DNA of 64,000 nucleotides. It comes from Eledone cirrhosa. Lineage: Eukaryota. Under the pieces are notes generated by a model. It saw only the letters and a program-made list of their open reading frames with translations, was not told the origin of the DNA and made no database searches. This document shows, in pieces, positions 25,086 to 39,987 of this stretch (its first letter is position 1; each line of letters begins with the position of its first letter). Where the stretch lies: NCBI GenBank assembly GCA_964016885.1, contig OZ024742.1, positions 314,898,001-314,962,000 on the forward strand. The letters are read 5' to 3'. The translations under genes and the position numbers were made by a program.

Positions 25086-25543
25086 TTATATATATATGTG
25101 TATGTGTGTGTGTTATGTATGTATACATCATCATCATCTTCGTTTAACGTCCATTTTCCACGCTAGCATGGGTTAGACGGGAGTTGTCCCACTTGAGGCA
25201 ATGTGTGTGTGTGTGTGTGTGAGTAAGTCTCTGTGTGAGTGTCTGTAGATTTTGCAATAAGTGTGGAGAATGTTATATAGCATTACAAAGACAATACAAT
25301 TAAATTTTACACAATACTTCACCCCACTCATAAATGATACTAGTGGTAAAATATATTTAGAATTATGTGAGTGTGCAGGGCCTGATACGAAATTTGACGC
25401 CACTGTGCAGAAATCTCAATATTTGGTGATCTGACCCATAGGCTCTGTACATGTGAGAGAAAGCGAAATAGTGTGAGCGAGAAGGTATGAGAGAGAGAGA
25501 GAAAAAGAGAGTAAAGTTAATCATATATTCTCATAAAACCATA

Positions 25544-25717
25544 CGAGTGGTTACTGAAAAGTTCCCAGCTTTAAGGGTAAAACTGTTAACTTTACATGGG
25601 AGGTAGGATCGCTGCAATAACTATGAAACTGAGAGGGGGATATGTTGAATAAAATCACAATTAACTGATTCTGTATTTTCTTTTACCCAAAGTCAGGAAC
25701 TTTTCAGTACCCCCTCT
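25544..25717. mobile_element. Tc1/mariner-type MITE
   Basis: TIRs cgagtggttactgaaaagttcccagctttaagggtaaaa and ttttacccaaagtcaggaacttttcagtaccccctct, with TA on both sides. Confidence 0.75.
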
Positions 25718-27858
25718 TAATTCATTCTTTTTTATCTCTGTGGCATATTTTACTTTCGTACCTTAATAAGAGGAGGTAAACGACGTATCATTGTGTTGCA
25801 GGAGATAACATTATAACATTAAAAGGAGAGCATTAATGTCACAGGTATAAGAGACCCTTTTTTGAACGGTAATCAAGTTAAGTTTCCAATTTCCTGAATT
25901 AACTTTAGAAGTCGTTTGGATGTAATATACCTCAAAATACACTAGATTTTGATAAGTATGTGTGTATGATTGTATGCATGTATGTATATATTATGTGTTA
26001 TGTATGTATGGATGGATTAATGGATGGATCGATGAACCCGTAAAGCCTAATGGAATTGTCAAGTTACCCTCATGAAATACAGTGCGGCCCACCCTTCTCC
26101 AGGTTTGATCACAGTAGAGGGAATAATGAGTAGACGCGAGAAAGATATATAAAGGGAAAATAGATCTCTGTTCTGGACTGTTTTTATCAACCTCAAAACG
26201 ATGAAAAGCAAATTTGGCGTCAGCGGGATTTGACCTCAGTGCGCAATGCTAACGACTCTGCCAATTCGCCGCCTTAGATTTAGATTAATCCAACCACAAA
26301 ATCTTTATCTTCATACAGAATGATTAAACATTATTTGAAGTTCCGTCATATTTCTAAATTGAAGCAATCATCAAATTAAATCTTTATACTTACATACTTT
26401 AAATATCGGGTGGTGTAGTGCTGATGCAAGTCACATAAACAATCTGTCTGTACAGATAAGTGTCATTACCATTGATTAGTGAGCAATATCAACATGAACC
26501 ACAATAAAAGCAGATAATGTGCTACTAGTGATTATAGAAGCATAAAACTGATGTACCGTGGCATGATTGTAAAAGCAAGAGCATTAGTGCAAATAATTAA
26601 AAAGTGTTAGTTTAGATGAGATGTAGTTCATAGTAGTGCCGGTTTGAAGTACCACTGGTGCCCTCTTCTTGGTGGGATAACAGCCAGAGAAGTTCTAAGA
26701 TAAATTCAAACCACTCTTCTTAGTATACATTGATCTGGGGAAAGGCTTTTTACAGAATATAATACTCTAATATTGTGAACCTTTTGAAAGCTTGGTGTAA
26801 ATCAATGGCTAAGTGAGAGCGATATAAGTCACGTACAAAGATATCATCAGCAAATTGAGAGATAACAATAAGATCAGTCAGGAATCCATTGTGCAGTAGG
26901 TATCCGTAAATGCTATGTCCTCAGCCAGCTTCTGTAATTATAGATCTGTGGCAAGTTAAAACCAGTGGCCTATGGAAAACTCAGTATGGGGATGACTTAG
27001 TACACATGTCAGAATCTGTGAAATATTTAGGAAAGTAATTTCATACGTAAAAACAAAACCTAATATCGAGATTTCTGAAATAAACTTAGCAAATATGAAA
27101 CTCTTTTGTAAGTACACTGTAACACTGAGGGCAATGGCTGGGCACAATGTGCAGAAAACGATTTGTTGTTGATGATGATATTTGATCTGGACAATTCGGC
27201 ACTTAAGATCAATACAATTACACAGCTACCGTAATGTTTATTTTTTAGATCTTTAAAATATTATATGTATCACAATTTCTTCTTCAAGTTTTCTGCCACT
27301 TTATTATCATCATCGTCGTCATCATCATCTTCACCGAATCTTTGCATTCATTATTGTGATAAACACCATGGCGATTGTTTCTTTGTCTACTTTGCTGTAA
27401 ATGTCATAGAAAAAAATTTCCTTTTCATTCAGACTGATGATAGGTTTATACACTACTACGCTAAACAACCCTCTTAGCAGATATTGAGTCTACTTCATTC
27501 TTTCAAATACTGACACTTCAAAAAATCATGGGAGTTAAAGGTTGTATTTTGTTGGTGTTTTTTTTTCATTTGAAATTGAAGTGGTTTCATAGTTGTGTAC
27601 CTGTAGGTCTTTTGTGTTTGAGTTGGTGGGACGGGCTGATTTCTAGTATGTGATGTATGTGATGAAGCAACAAACTGGATGTCAATATGTGAAGTTATTG
27701 AAAAGAAAAGAAAAGAAAAGAAAAGAAAAGAAACAAGAAATTTCCTTTGTAGACTTTTGAAAATTAACTGTGTGTGCGCATGCAGTTTTTATGATGTCAT
27801 ATATATATATGTATAGATAGATAGATAGATAGATAGATAGGTAGATAGAGAAAGAGAT

Positions 27859-27915
<57 letters not shown>

Positions 27916-27916
<1 letters not shown>

Positions 27917-30900
27917 TTCTATATTAGCCACAATGACACAAAAGAAGGGGACAAATACAAATGGGGAGTTTACATACAGTTATGTGAAAATAAAACTATT
28001 AATACAATAACAAATAACAATTGAAATCCCCAATAGGGGGAGGTGTTACATAGGGGTTGTACACACCCCGAAAAAATGTACAACCCTCATCTCCAGGAGC
28101 ACCAAGAGTGAGTACTCCCTTCCTCTCTTCCTCTTTTTCCTCAACCTACAGGCTTATATAGAGAGAAGGCCCAACCACTGGGACCATCTTTGCCACATAC
28201 ACCCACCTTTTATAAAATTTGCTGGAGTACAGCATCTCTCTCTCCATCCTGATTCTTCTTCCAAAATGATATTTGAAAAAACGAATCAGTTGCTCGCCGG
28301 AGAGAAAGGTGTGTGACCTCATCCCTTTTAACCTCGTCCACCATATAACCTCTTTCACCATAGCCATAACACATAGGAAAACCGCCTCTCCCTCGTTTTT
28401 GAAGGAGGGTGGCGGTTTGATCATGACAATGAACTCGGTGGTCAACTGGATTGGTCCCACCCGCGACAATAGTCGTTCTATATAGCCTCACAGGTCGGTA
28501 ACCCCCGGGCAGTGTACAAATGCGTGTGCGACGGTTTCCTCGTCGCGCACGCATCTCGGACAGATCTTTTTCGAAGAGTCCCTACCCGGGCGCCCGTGTC
28601 TGTAGAACTTGTATAGAACTGGTAGAGCTCCTCGGTAGCACTGCCAGACCAGGGACTTTTGGAAGTTGTCCATTGGTCCCGGGCGGAAGGTCCTACCGAA
28701 CAGACTGGCTAGTTGGTCCTCCTCTACGCCTAGAGTTTCTCCGAGCGTGTCGTCGCACTTGCTGCGGACCAACCCTCTATAGAATGTCGAAGTGGAGTCT
28801 CCACTAATCGCCGGGTCCGTTTGCCAGAGGACTGTGAGCGCCTGAGCACATTCGATATGCCAGTCGCCCATTTTCCTCGGTCTTTGCTTGACCCAGGTCT
28901 ACAGCTCGGTCAGCGAGACGAGTCGTGGGAAGGCTCGCCTACACCGGTTGCCTGGTGAGGAATACGTGGAGGTGCCGCAGCCTGAGCGCGTGTTTGCGCA
29001 TCGTCAGCCACGGCATCCCCAGCTCTCCGTTTGAAGGGTGTTGGCAGCAGATGGATCTCCTCACCAAAGGGGCCCGTTTCTTCCAAAGGAATTGGCAGAG
29101 CGCGCGCTCCATTTTGGGGAGCGTTTTGGCTGGACAAGGCACAACGGTCAAGCGGTAGTAGATGACGGACGCTATAAAAGTGTTCTCCACCTCCGCTCGA
29201 CCTTTCAAGGATAGTTTGCACTCGGCCCACTTCTAGGTGAGCCCAAACACCTTGGCCGTCACCTTGTTCCAGTTCTTCTCCACCTGGAGGTCAGGACCAA
29301 ACCAGACCCCGAGCAGCTTTACCGATCCTTCCGTCCAGCGTCCGACGACGTCATCGGAAGGCATCGGTTTGCCTCTCCACGTTCCGAGTTGCAAACCGAC
29401 GGATTTGTCCCGGTTCAGCTTCGCTCCTGTGAATCTTTCGTAATCCTCCATCTAAGGTGTGATATCCCCGATTTCGCAGTCCCGGTTCCAAAGAGATGCC
29501 TTGCAATAGCTCCAACTTCCGAAGTAGTGGCTCGAGAGTCAGTACGTTCAGAAGGGAGGAGAGAGGGCATCTCTGCCGTATGGATCGCGGGATATGGAAC
29601 GGCTTCGAGAGGTAGCCGTTCACCTTGACCCTTGAGCAGTTGTTGCTGTTGTGCATTGCAGCAATCCAGCCCCTGAACACGGGACCGAAGCCTGCCGCCT
29701 CGAGCACCGCATCCAGGTAACGATGATCAACCCTATCGAAAGCCTTAGACTGATCCAAGTTGATCAGGGCCCTACCGAAGCCGGGTTTACACCCTACCCT
29801 CTCTATGATGTATCGCATGAGGTGAAGGTTGTCGTGTATGGACCTGGTCGGGATTGCGCATGTCTGCGCTTCTCCCACCAGGTTTTCGACGACAAGCGCC
29901 AGCCTCTTTGCCAACACCTTGGCCAAAATCTGTAACTCTGTGTTGAGCAGAGTTATGGGCCGGAAGTTGTCTATGTCATCCCCCTTGTTCTCGTCCTTCC
30001 TGACTAGCATGATTACGCTCTTGGTCACAGAACTGTGAATACTCCCATTCTGCTGCCACTTGCAGTAGACCGCTTCCAGGAGACCGGAGAACAAGTCCGG
30101 CATTGCTACGTAAAATTCGTAGGGTAGAGCGTCGAGATCTGGAGATATGCGTTTGCCGCATTGGCTCAGCGCGTCCCTTATCACAGCGGCCGAAATCGGC
30201 CTTTCGCAGAACTTCGACTCGCTGTTCGAGAGTCGCGGTAGGCCGTGTAGGTATGAACAGAAATCCATAGCCCCTCCCTGCGCGCCGCCCTGCCCGAACA
30301 GTTGAGCAAAGTGCCGCTGAAAGGCCGCGCACATTTGCTTCGGCTCACGTATCACGCGTCCGTCTTGGTCCTTCAAAGACCGAATCGTGAACTTGTTGCC
30401 ACTTTTCGCCTCCGTCACTCGGACCCAGCTAACAGCTTTGGCTGCCTCGTTTCCCAGAGCACGTATTTTGCTTCTGACAACGCAACCTTCATGCTTTGCG
30501 CCGAAGAACTGGTCCAAGGCCGTTCTCGTCGATAGCACGCTGGCTACGTTGCCACTCCTAAGTGCCTCTTCTACTTTATCTACCAGTTCCTTTTCGGTCT
30601 TATTTCTATCTAACACTAATTCTTTACTAAAACCTATCGAGACTAATCTTACTGCCCTCTTGAGAGAGTACCACCATCTGTTGTTGACAATGGCCCACGT
30701 CAAGTACTGCTTAACTAAAGTGCTAATCCGTCTACTGTAGGCTTTGCATGTCGGTAACGACAAGTTCAGCTTCCAGTAGCCGGGTCCTTGTCTCTGGCTT
30801 CTATCAAGGTTGGCCATGCAGGTCACTAGTTTGTGATCTGAATAGGCAACCATGAACATTTGTGGACAGCTTAACATGTCCCTATCCTTATTTCTAACTA

Positions 30901-32127
30901 GAACCCTATCTAGGTACGATCTAGATGTTCCCTTGAGATTGGTCCACGCCCACAGTGGCACAGTCGGAAAATCTAGTCGATATCTATCGGCCAGGTCAAA
31001 TCGGCCGATTAACTGTTTGAGGCTGTTACACCCCCTCTATCGGGACATGCTCCCACATAGTCCCAACGTGCATCTAGGATTCCATTCCAGTCCCCCACTA
31101 ACAGCAGGGAGCGGGACGTTCCCAGAAAAGTCTCTAGACGTTTGAAGAAGTCTGGCCGCGGTGTCCCGGATGGGGCATATGCGGCCACCAGCCTCAAGGC
31201 TCCACCTTCACTACCGTCAACGTCTAGGACCACCAATCGACCCTCCCGGGCCAGATGTACCGTCTGTGTTACGAGATCCAGGTGTTTCCGCAGCAAAACG
31301 GCAACCCCACCCCCACCTCCCGGCTGACAGAGAGATGCGTAGATCTTAAAGTCGTCGAAGATGGGAGCCAGTTGTCGCTCGCTGTGGTTCCTGGACTCGC
31401 AAATGGCTACTACATCCATGGTGTGCGACCTGAGGTTGTTTGCCCTGTTTCCAGGGCATCCCCAGGCCGCGTACATTCACACATCCAACTCTTATATTGG
31501 CCATGTTGGTGCTGAAACTTAACAGAAGAGGAAAATAAATCACTCACCTCTTCGTCTCCTGGGGGCCAGGCTGCACAATTTCAATGGGGGTGTTGGAGGG
31601 GTTGTTTGGTGGGGTGGTGGTCTCTGGAGGGGTGGGGACAGAGATGTTTGGTGGGGAGGGGGTGTCTGGAGGGATGGGGGTGGGGGTGGGGAAACATTTT
31701 AACAGGACTCGATTGTAGGGTTTGACGTAGGGGTTACCTACATCGTTAGTAAATTTTTCTTTCAACTGTTTATGTGTGTCCATGGAGGTCCTAATCATTT
31801 TAAGATTAGGATTCTCCGAAGAGTGTGTAAAAGTTCTCCCTTCGGTCTCCACCGAAGGATTTTTAATATATGGTGTCTGTTAAAATTTTATTGTTAGTAT
31901 TTATGTAGGTGTAACATTTTTGTTGTGTCGGGTTGCTTTTTGTCTGTGGTTCTTCTGTGTGTTTACGTTTTGTAGTAGGTGTTTTGTTTTCAGGAGGGGT
32001 GTTTTTCTTTGTGCTGTTTGCGTCGCTTGTGTTGGTGTTTGTGTGTTTGTTGCATGTTTGTTTGTGTTATGTCTTTTCTTTTTTCTTTTTACTGGTCGGA
32101 AAGGATCTCCCTCGTCGTCACTGGGTT

Positions 32128-32128
<1 letters not shown>
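27916..32128 (-). mobile_element. L1/Tx1-clade LINE inserted in (GATA)n
   Basis: Partial ORF1 and full-span ORF2, with (GATA)n arrays on both sides (27814-27915 and 32129-32340). Confidence 0.9.
28146..31504 (-). pseudogene. Frameshifted Tx1 ORF2 (APE endonuclease, RT, C-terminal zinc knuckle)
   Basis: MANIRVGCVNVRGL, LLVGDWNG, SYLDRV, SDHKLV, FRPITLLNTE, LDQSKAFDRVDH, CPRC..ETVAHAFVHC. Several frameshifts; the YADD segment is deleted near 29473. Confidence 0.9.
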
Positions 32129-32166
<38 letters not shown>

Positions 32167-32211
32167 GAAAGAGAGATATATAGAAAGATAGAAAGATAGA
32201 TAGATAGATAA

Positions 32212-32266
<55 letters not shown>

Positions 32267-32269
32267 TAC

Positions 32270-32332
<63 letters not shown>

Positions 32333-32953
32333 TATAGACAGACAAATAGCCCATTATGCTATATGTATGTGTGTTCATACAACCTATATCTTACTATAAT
32401 TTAGAATGTTCTCTGCATTGTCATTTTCTACATGTAAAAGCCCATTAAGTAATGTTTGATGTAAATGGAAATTCTAATATTGACGTGCACAATATATTCT
32501 ACATACATGTATATGAATTCGTTTAATTATTTGCTTTATTTTACAAAAAGAAGAGAAATTAATGTAAAATGAGGTATATAATTCAAAAATAGCTTCCTTC
32601 ATTGAAACAAATTCATATAGATTGATATTTAGTGATAAATGCATAAAACACATTTAATGGATGACATAAATCGAACGAAAGCACCGTAACATAGTTACAT
32701 ATATTTTATCTTTATTTCCTTTATTTTAGTTTATGTCATTTATAGGAAACTGGATTAGGTAAAGAGTGGGTGGAAGAGATTATATTTAGAAATTCATATA
32801 TTTTCTTACTTCAGTAACATGTAAAGATGAAACTATATTTAATAATCCATCATTTCAATGTATAGATATATGATGGAATACTTAGTGAAGGGCAAGCAAA
32901 ATGAATTCTCATATGTGTGTGTGGGGGGGGGGCGCGTGTGCGTGTGGGTGTGT

Positions 32954-32998
<45 letters not shown>

Positions 32999-33298
32999 GA
33001 TACACATTTATATGTTGGAAGATGGAAGATGTGAGATGGAAAAAAGAATGAAATATATATGAAAAATGTGGAATTCTCATTTTTTGTTAGGAAGCTTTCT
33101 GACATCGACGAAGGGTTTAATAATAAAAAGGGAGTTGTGCATGAAAAATGTCTTTCAGGCTATATTCAACTAGAGTAAAAACTATTTGGGAATAACTGGA
33201 AATAAATGTTTCAGGATAATTATATTTTTGGGTATTAAAAGAAATAAAGTGTCCCGCATACACAGATTCATACGCGGGCGTATATATGTATATATATA

Positions 33299-33362
<64 letters not shown>

Positions 33363-33393
33363 TACATGAATCAAAGTTCTGTTTAAACCATTT

Positions 33394-33445
33394 ATTCGCT
33401 TACAATTGTTTCTTCCAAACCGAGGTTTGGAGTCTTAAGAGCAAT
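33394..33445 (-). ncRNA. Minimal hammerhead motif with G5>U core mutation
   Basis: Minus strand reads attgct CTTAAGA ctccaaacc tc ggtttggaa GAAA caattg TA agcgaat. Stem III is the palindrome caattg and the site is GUA. It lies ~35 nt from a (TA)n tract. Confidence 0.6.
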
Positions 33446-35319
33446 TTTTCAATGATTATTTACATACATGACCTCCTTTTCAACACAAGAGACTACAGAA
33501 ACATATGTATATATTGATGCACAGTGGATTGACATCCATTATAATATTTAGCATGGCAATTTACATTCAAAGATTAAAGTCAGATCAAAGAACAAAATTA
33601 AAGTTAAAATACAACATTGGCAGTTTACGAAGATAAAGCAAGAGGATAGTTTGAAGTAGTTAGTGTATGCAATAGTTACACATGGGGCATGCACGTGTGT
33701 CTTGTTTATATAAGATTATAGTGCGGCAGGGTGTTATATGTAATACAAGCACTTTAAGCGGGCAATCAAGAGTATTATGGGGGTTGTATTGGTAAAGTAT
33801 GTTTTATATGTATGATATAGACGCTTGTGTGTAGAGAAATATTTAAAATATTAAAAATATTACAAATGAGAAGCAAAACAATGTTATGGTTTTCGTATAC
33901 ACCATTTTCACAATCCAGGAAACGTAATATATAGATTATATGTCCTTCACATAATCTACGATGATTCAATATTGGATGTTTGATGTTAGAATATTACATC
34001 TTGTTGTTCTTTAATCCAATTTTATAGAGCAGGTTGATTTTGTTGCGAGAATTTACATCGTATTATTTTCCGGAAGTGTGTGTGTGATTAAGGGGAGTTA
34101 ATGCGTGAAGGGAGGTAACTAGCTGATTTCTATAACTAAATTTATTATCCTAAGGTGTCTCAAATGAGTCCCTATCATATAAGGTTATAAACAGTTTCTA
34201 AATTTAAGTATCTTATCTATAAATTACAGTGTAGTCTATCAAGAAGTACTAAAGGTGTTCATATTAGGATGATTACCTTCTATCATAGAGTGCCACAACT
34301 GAATATTCTACATGAAGAGTCAGATCCCAAATCAATGATCTTTGTAAGTGTAGTCTACCCGCAGAACCTGGCAGGGTTTTATTAGAATCACTTCTATATA
34401 TAACTGCTGGTAAGCTCTGGGTCAGTGCATGTCTGATTGCATGGTAAAGTTAAATATCACTAGGGTAGACCAGAGATCAATTCTCACTTACAATGTCACT
34501 AATCTGACCATCAAGTCATACATGTATGTATAACTCATACATCACTTGTACATAATTCATTGCACACAGCATATAGGTTATATAGCTCTTTTATGTTAAT
34601 AAATTAATTAATCTTCCATTTATCCAATGATGGCACTCCATACACAGAACAACATTAGCACAACCAATTCAGTGTTTAAAGTTTACATTAATTATATATA
34701 TATATATTTATGTTTGTATTAATCTCCAGACTCTAGCTATTGACCAGTTAATTTTCTTGAATTTTTAGTTGATTCTATTGACTGATGAATAGCTTATGTT
34801 AATTTTAACACTTCTGTTGAGAACTCTATTCGATTTGTGATGTGTTTGCATTCTTGCAAAAATATACACAACTGAATTCATTCGCCTGATATAGGGGTTG
34901 TCTCCCTTGCCGATCCCCAGGTGGGGTCAGCAATAGTCAGTCCTTGTATTAACATTGAACTAAAAGCTGTTGAGAAAGTGGCTTCCTTGTTCAATCATCT
35001 TACCAGAAGCCTAACATTATTTATGTAAGCGGACAGTACTTGATTTAGGAGCCGCAGAAACCCAAATACTGGATTTTACCAACCTTCCAGGGGTCCGGGT
35101 AAATTTTCAATCACAGATATTTTTTATTTGTTTGTCTCGAATTACTTGATCGTTTTTTTGGCTATGCGAATGATTGTTTAACCATCGTCTCAGTGTGTTT
35201 GGCCTTTAACGTTTGTTATAGCTCTGGTTCATCTGAATCATTGAGCACTTGCCACACATTTCGGAGGTTGCTTTTCGTTATTTCGTGGACCGAAATGCGA
35301 TTCTCGAATATTTATGTTT

Positions 35320-35406
<87 letters not shown>

Positions 35407-35407
35407 T

Positions 35408-35688
35408 AATTGTTTCTACTTTTGGTACAAGGCCAGCAATTACTCAGTGTATTACTGGTACTTCATTTTATCGACCCCGTAAGGATGAAAGGCATAGTTA
35501 ACCTCGGCGGGATTTGAACTCAGAATGGAAAGGGCTGTAACTCTTTGCGTCAAAGCATGGCGTCCGACTCTCTACCGATACTGCCAATCCACCGCCATTT
35601 CTCTCTCTCTCTATATATATATAGTGGATTGGCAGTATCGGTAGAGGGTCGGACGCCATGCTTTGACGCAAAGAGTTACACCCTTTTC

Positions 35689-35695
<7 letters not shown>
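35408..35695. mobile_element. SINE family 1 (minus, 35408-35597) with an inverted 72-bp duplicate of its 5' part (35624-35695) bounded by (TA)n
   Basis: 35521-35592 and 35624-35695 are near-perfect reverse complements. Confidence 0.8.
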
Positions 35696-37122
<1,427 letters not shown>

Positions 37123-39039
37123 AAAACCCAGAAAGACCTCAGAATTGAGGTAAAGATGAAAATAAATGTTGATCAGGATTTTCAAGACTGATGAGAAGGT
37201 AGAAAATATTAAAAAATAACAAATTCTAATGAAAACCTTCTAATCCCTTGAATACTAATTTTATAATCGCGTTATATCTCTAAACAACCGTAGTAAATGT
37301 GTGAATGTGTTTATAAAACTAACTCTAAATATTAATGTCATCCAATATTCGAAACCACGCGTATTAGAGTATATTTCGATATAAGATATAAACTTTAGAT
37401 AAGTGTTCTAAATTAAAGAAATAGTTTGTAAAGGTTTTCGAATTTCCCTTTTACGTTTCCGTCGTACAAAATCACGCATATTTTCGTTATGTTATTAAAT
37501 CGATAAATTCCTGCAAAATATTTTTCTATTTTTCACTGTTTAAATATACATGCAGTTATGTTTATTAAATCAGTTTATGCTTTCAGAACTTTTGGCTATT
37601 GCAGAAACTTCGTTGATTATGATTTCATCTTTCTGAAACAGCTACTCAGTTTTCATTGAATAAATATATTTATATTAAAACGAGAGTTTCCGTTAAGATT
37701 TGCTGAGTTAATAATATTTGTACATTGTCTGTCAATTACATATGTCGTATTCATTTGATTAGATGACAACATAACCTAAACTAATTAATATAAGTAGATA
37801 GCCAAGAATATTCTATTATTGAAATTCAAGACGTACAGCTGAACTGTGAGCTGATATAGTTTATACTATAATAAACTTCAACTATATTTATGAGAGAAAA
37901 TACAAGGTTTTATTACATTCAATAGTAATTTAGGTTTAATTACTAAACAATGTTTTGATATAAATTTCCAATATTTTCAATTTAAATTTCGTTGAATTCT
38001 ACTCGGTGTATCACTAATACTTTTTCAAATACACTTTTCATTGTTCGCATCGATGAGTTGAAGTTGTAAACACAATGCATTTATTCTGAAGTTACTTCGG
38101 TCTACCAGCATGCTACCCTGTATTTAAATAATTACGTAAGTTATAATTGAAAACTGTGAAAGTTATCAATCATATGTTAATTCAAACTCTACATAGATCA
38201 TTTCATTCTAGCGTAGGTAACTGAGTAATCCAACAAGTAGGAAATGCAATTACTCTAAAGCTAATATACACGATATATTACTACGACACGGATACAGGGT
38301 GACACCAAAACAAAGTGGGCCCGCGCACGTTTTACGTCATTGTATACTTATTTTGTTACCTGATCAGCCTTAAATTTCGGGACATGGCAAATACAACGTC
38401 TGGGAAGACAATAGGATCCTAATAGGAGCTCCAGCACCGGACCTTCCTTGTGAAACATTACGATAAATGTAACTCGTACAAGCAAGTTCTACAGCAATTT
38501 CCTGCATTGTTATGGAACGGGAGGACTAATCTTGGCATTTGTAGAATAATTGTCACCCTGCCAAGGATAAAAGATGAGTACAATTAGCATCTTGTATTTA
38601 TGATTGTATCATCTTTCATGTACAATATAACGAGAAAAAGAACTATTACATGTTCTTGCAATAAACGTTTCTATATTTCCCTAGATATAAGAAGCAAGTA
38701 CATGTTTTGGTTCATTTTACTGACTCACGCTTTTCTATATTCTCCAAATCTTTGAACGCTCACTAACTTGATTTATCATATTTATTTTTTACGTTAGAGT
38801 TTAGAACAAATTATCTGTTTCAATTCTAATACAAAAATAATAAGAAAAAAAATCATCGGACTGGATATTTTCATTAATATTATATGATAGCAGGAGGGCT
38901 GAATTGCAGAGTCGCTAGAACGTAAAACATAATCTTTGTGGTACTTATTCTATCCGTTTACTTTATAAGTAGAAATACGCCGAGGTCTACCGGTTAGTGC
39001 TTAGATTAGAAACCATTAGCTTATTTACACAAAATATGA

Positions 39040-39330
39040 AAACACCCCTCCAACTTAGTAGCTTCGGCCACAAACCCCGGTATTGCGCCCCACAATGCAG
39101 AGGACGAGAAGATAAGCAAATACCGGGGCTTGTCCGGCTGTTTCCTCTTCGCATCTGTCGCCGTCGAGACCTCAGGCGTCCTCGGACCCCCTACTGTCGT
39201 ACTCTTTCGTAAAATTGGATCGTCAGCAGCTCATCAGAGGAAGGAACCCCACGACGTTGGGTGGCTATTTCAGTGGGCGTCACTGGCCATTGTCCGTGGA
39301 AATGCCTTTTTACCTTTGTTCGCGGGGCGC
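39040..39330 (+). mobile_element. CRE-clade non-LTR retrotransposon 3' fragment (REL endonuclease)
   Basis: AEDEKISKYRGL..FASVAVETSGVLGP..WLFQWASLAIVRGNA matches the CRE REL pattern ExxKxxKY..AVETxG..LFQRxSLAxxRGNA. Confidence 0.7.
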
Positions 39331-39616
39331 GGCCCAAAGCAGCCCCGCCTCAGTCTTAAACCCAATCAACCTCTCCTCTTCCCGTTCCTTTCTTCCCTGG
39401 CCACATATTCCTTGATTTTTCCCTCCTTTCCCTCTCATTTATGGCATTTATAGACCTTTTTCCTACTGTGCCGTGTCCTGCCCTCAGGACTTTTCTAGCA
39501 GACTGGAGTTAACTTCTCGGGCGTTTAGCATGTTAAGAAAGAATATATGACAAAATACGGAACATACACACATACATACATACATACATACATACATACA
39601 TACATACATACATACA

Positions 39617-39890
39617 TACCCATCATTATTGGAGCTTCATACCCATCATTATTGGAGCTACGGGTTATATACCAACCCGCTTGGACCAAAGTATGACTGA
39701 ACTTGGATTTGCGGATAAAGAGCGCAGCTCCCTAATTCATAGTCTACAAATGGCTGCGATAGCTGGCACCTTCAAAATTTGCAAAACATTCTTGAGATTC
39801 AAGGAATAACAATTTCTTTTCTTTTACAACCTTGCCACCAGGAAGGTGGCCGGTCAAAACAATATACTCGAAATTAAGAGAAAGAGATAA
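39617..39890 (+). mobile_element. Short 3' fragment of the (TACA)n-associated R4/Dong element
   Basis: Near-identical to 41915-42168 and flanked by (TACA)n. Confidence 0.85.
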
Positions 39891-39987
39891 CATACATACA
39901 TACATACATACATACATACATACATACATACATTCATACATACATACATACATACATACATACATACATACATACATACATACATAC

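Noticed and set aside
33450-35100. Penelope RT/GIY-YIG ORF upstream of the 33394 hammerhead
   Set aside because: Only isolated fragments (NLLYKIG, CPMCNYC) on minus; no coherent motif order could be established by eye.
38294-38520. tacagggtg Tc1/mariner-like TIR start
   Set aside because: No partner TIR or transposase motif found.
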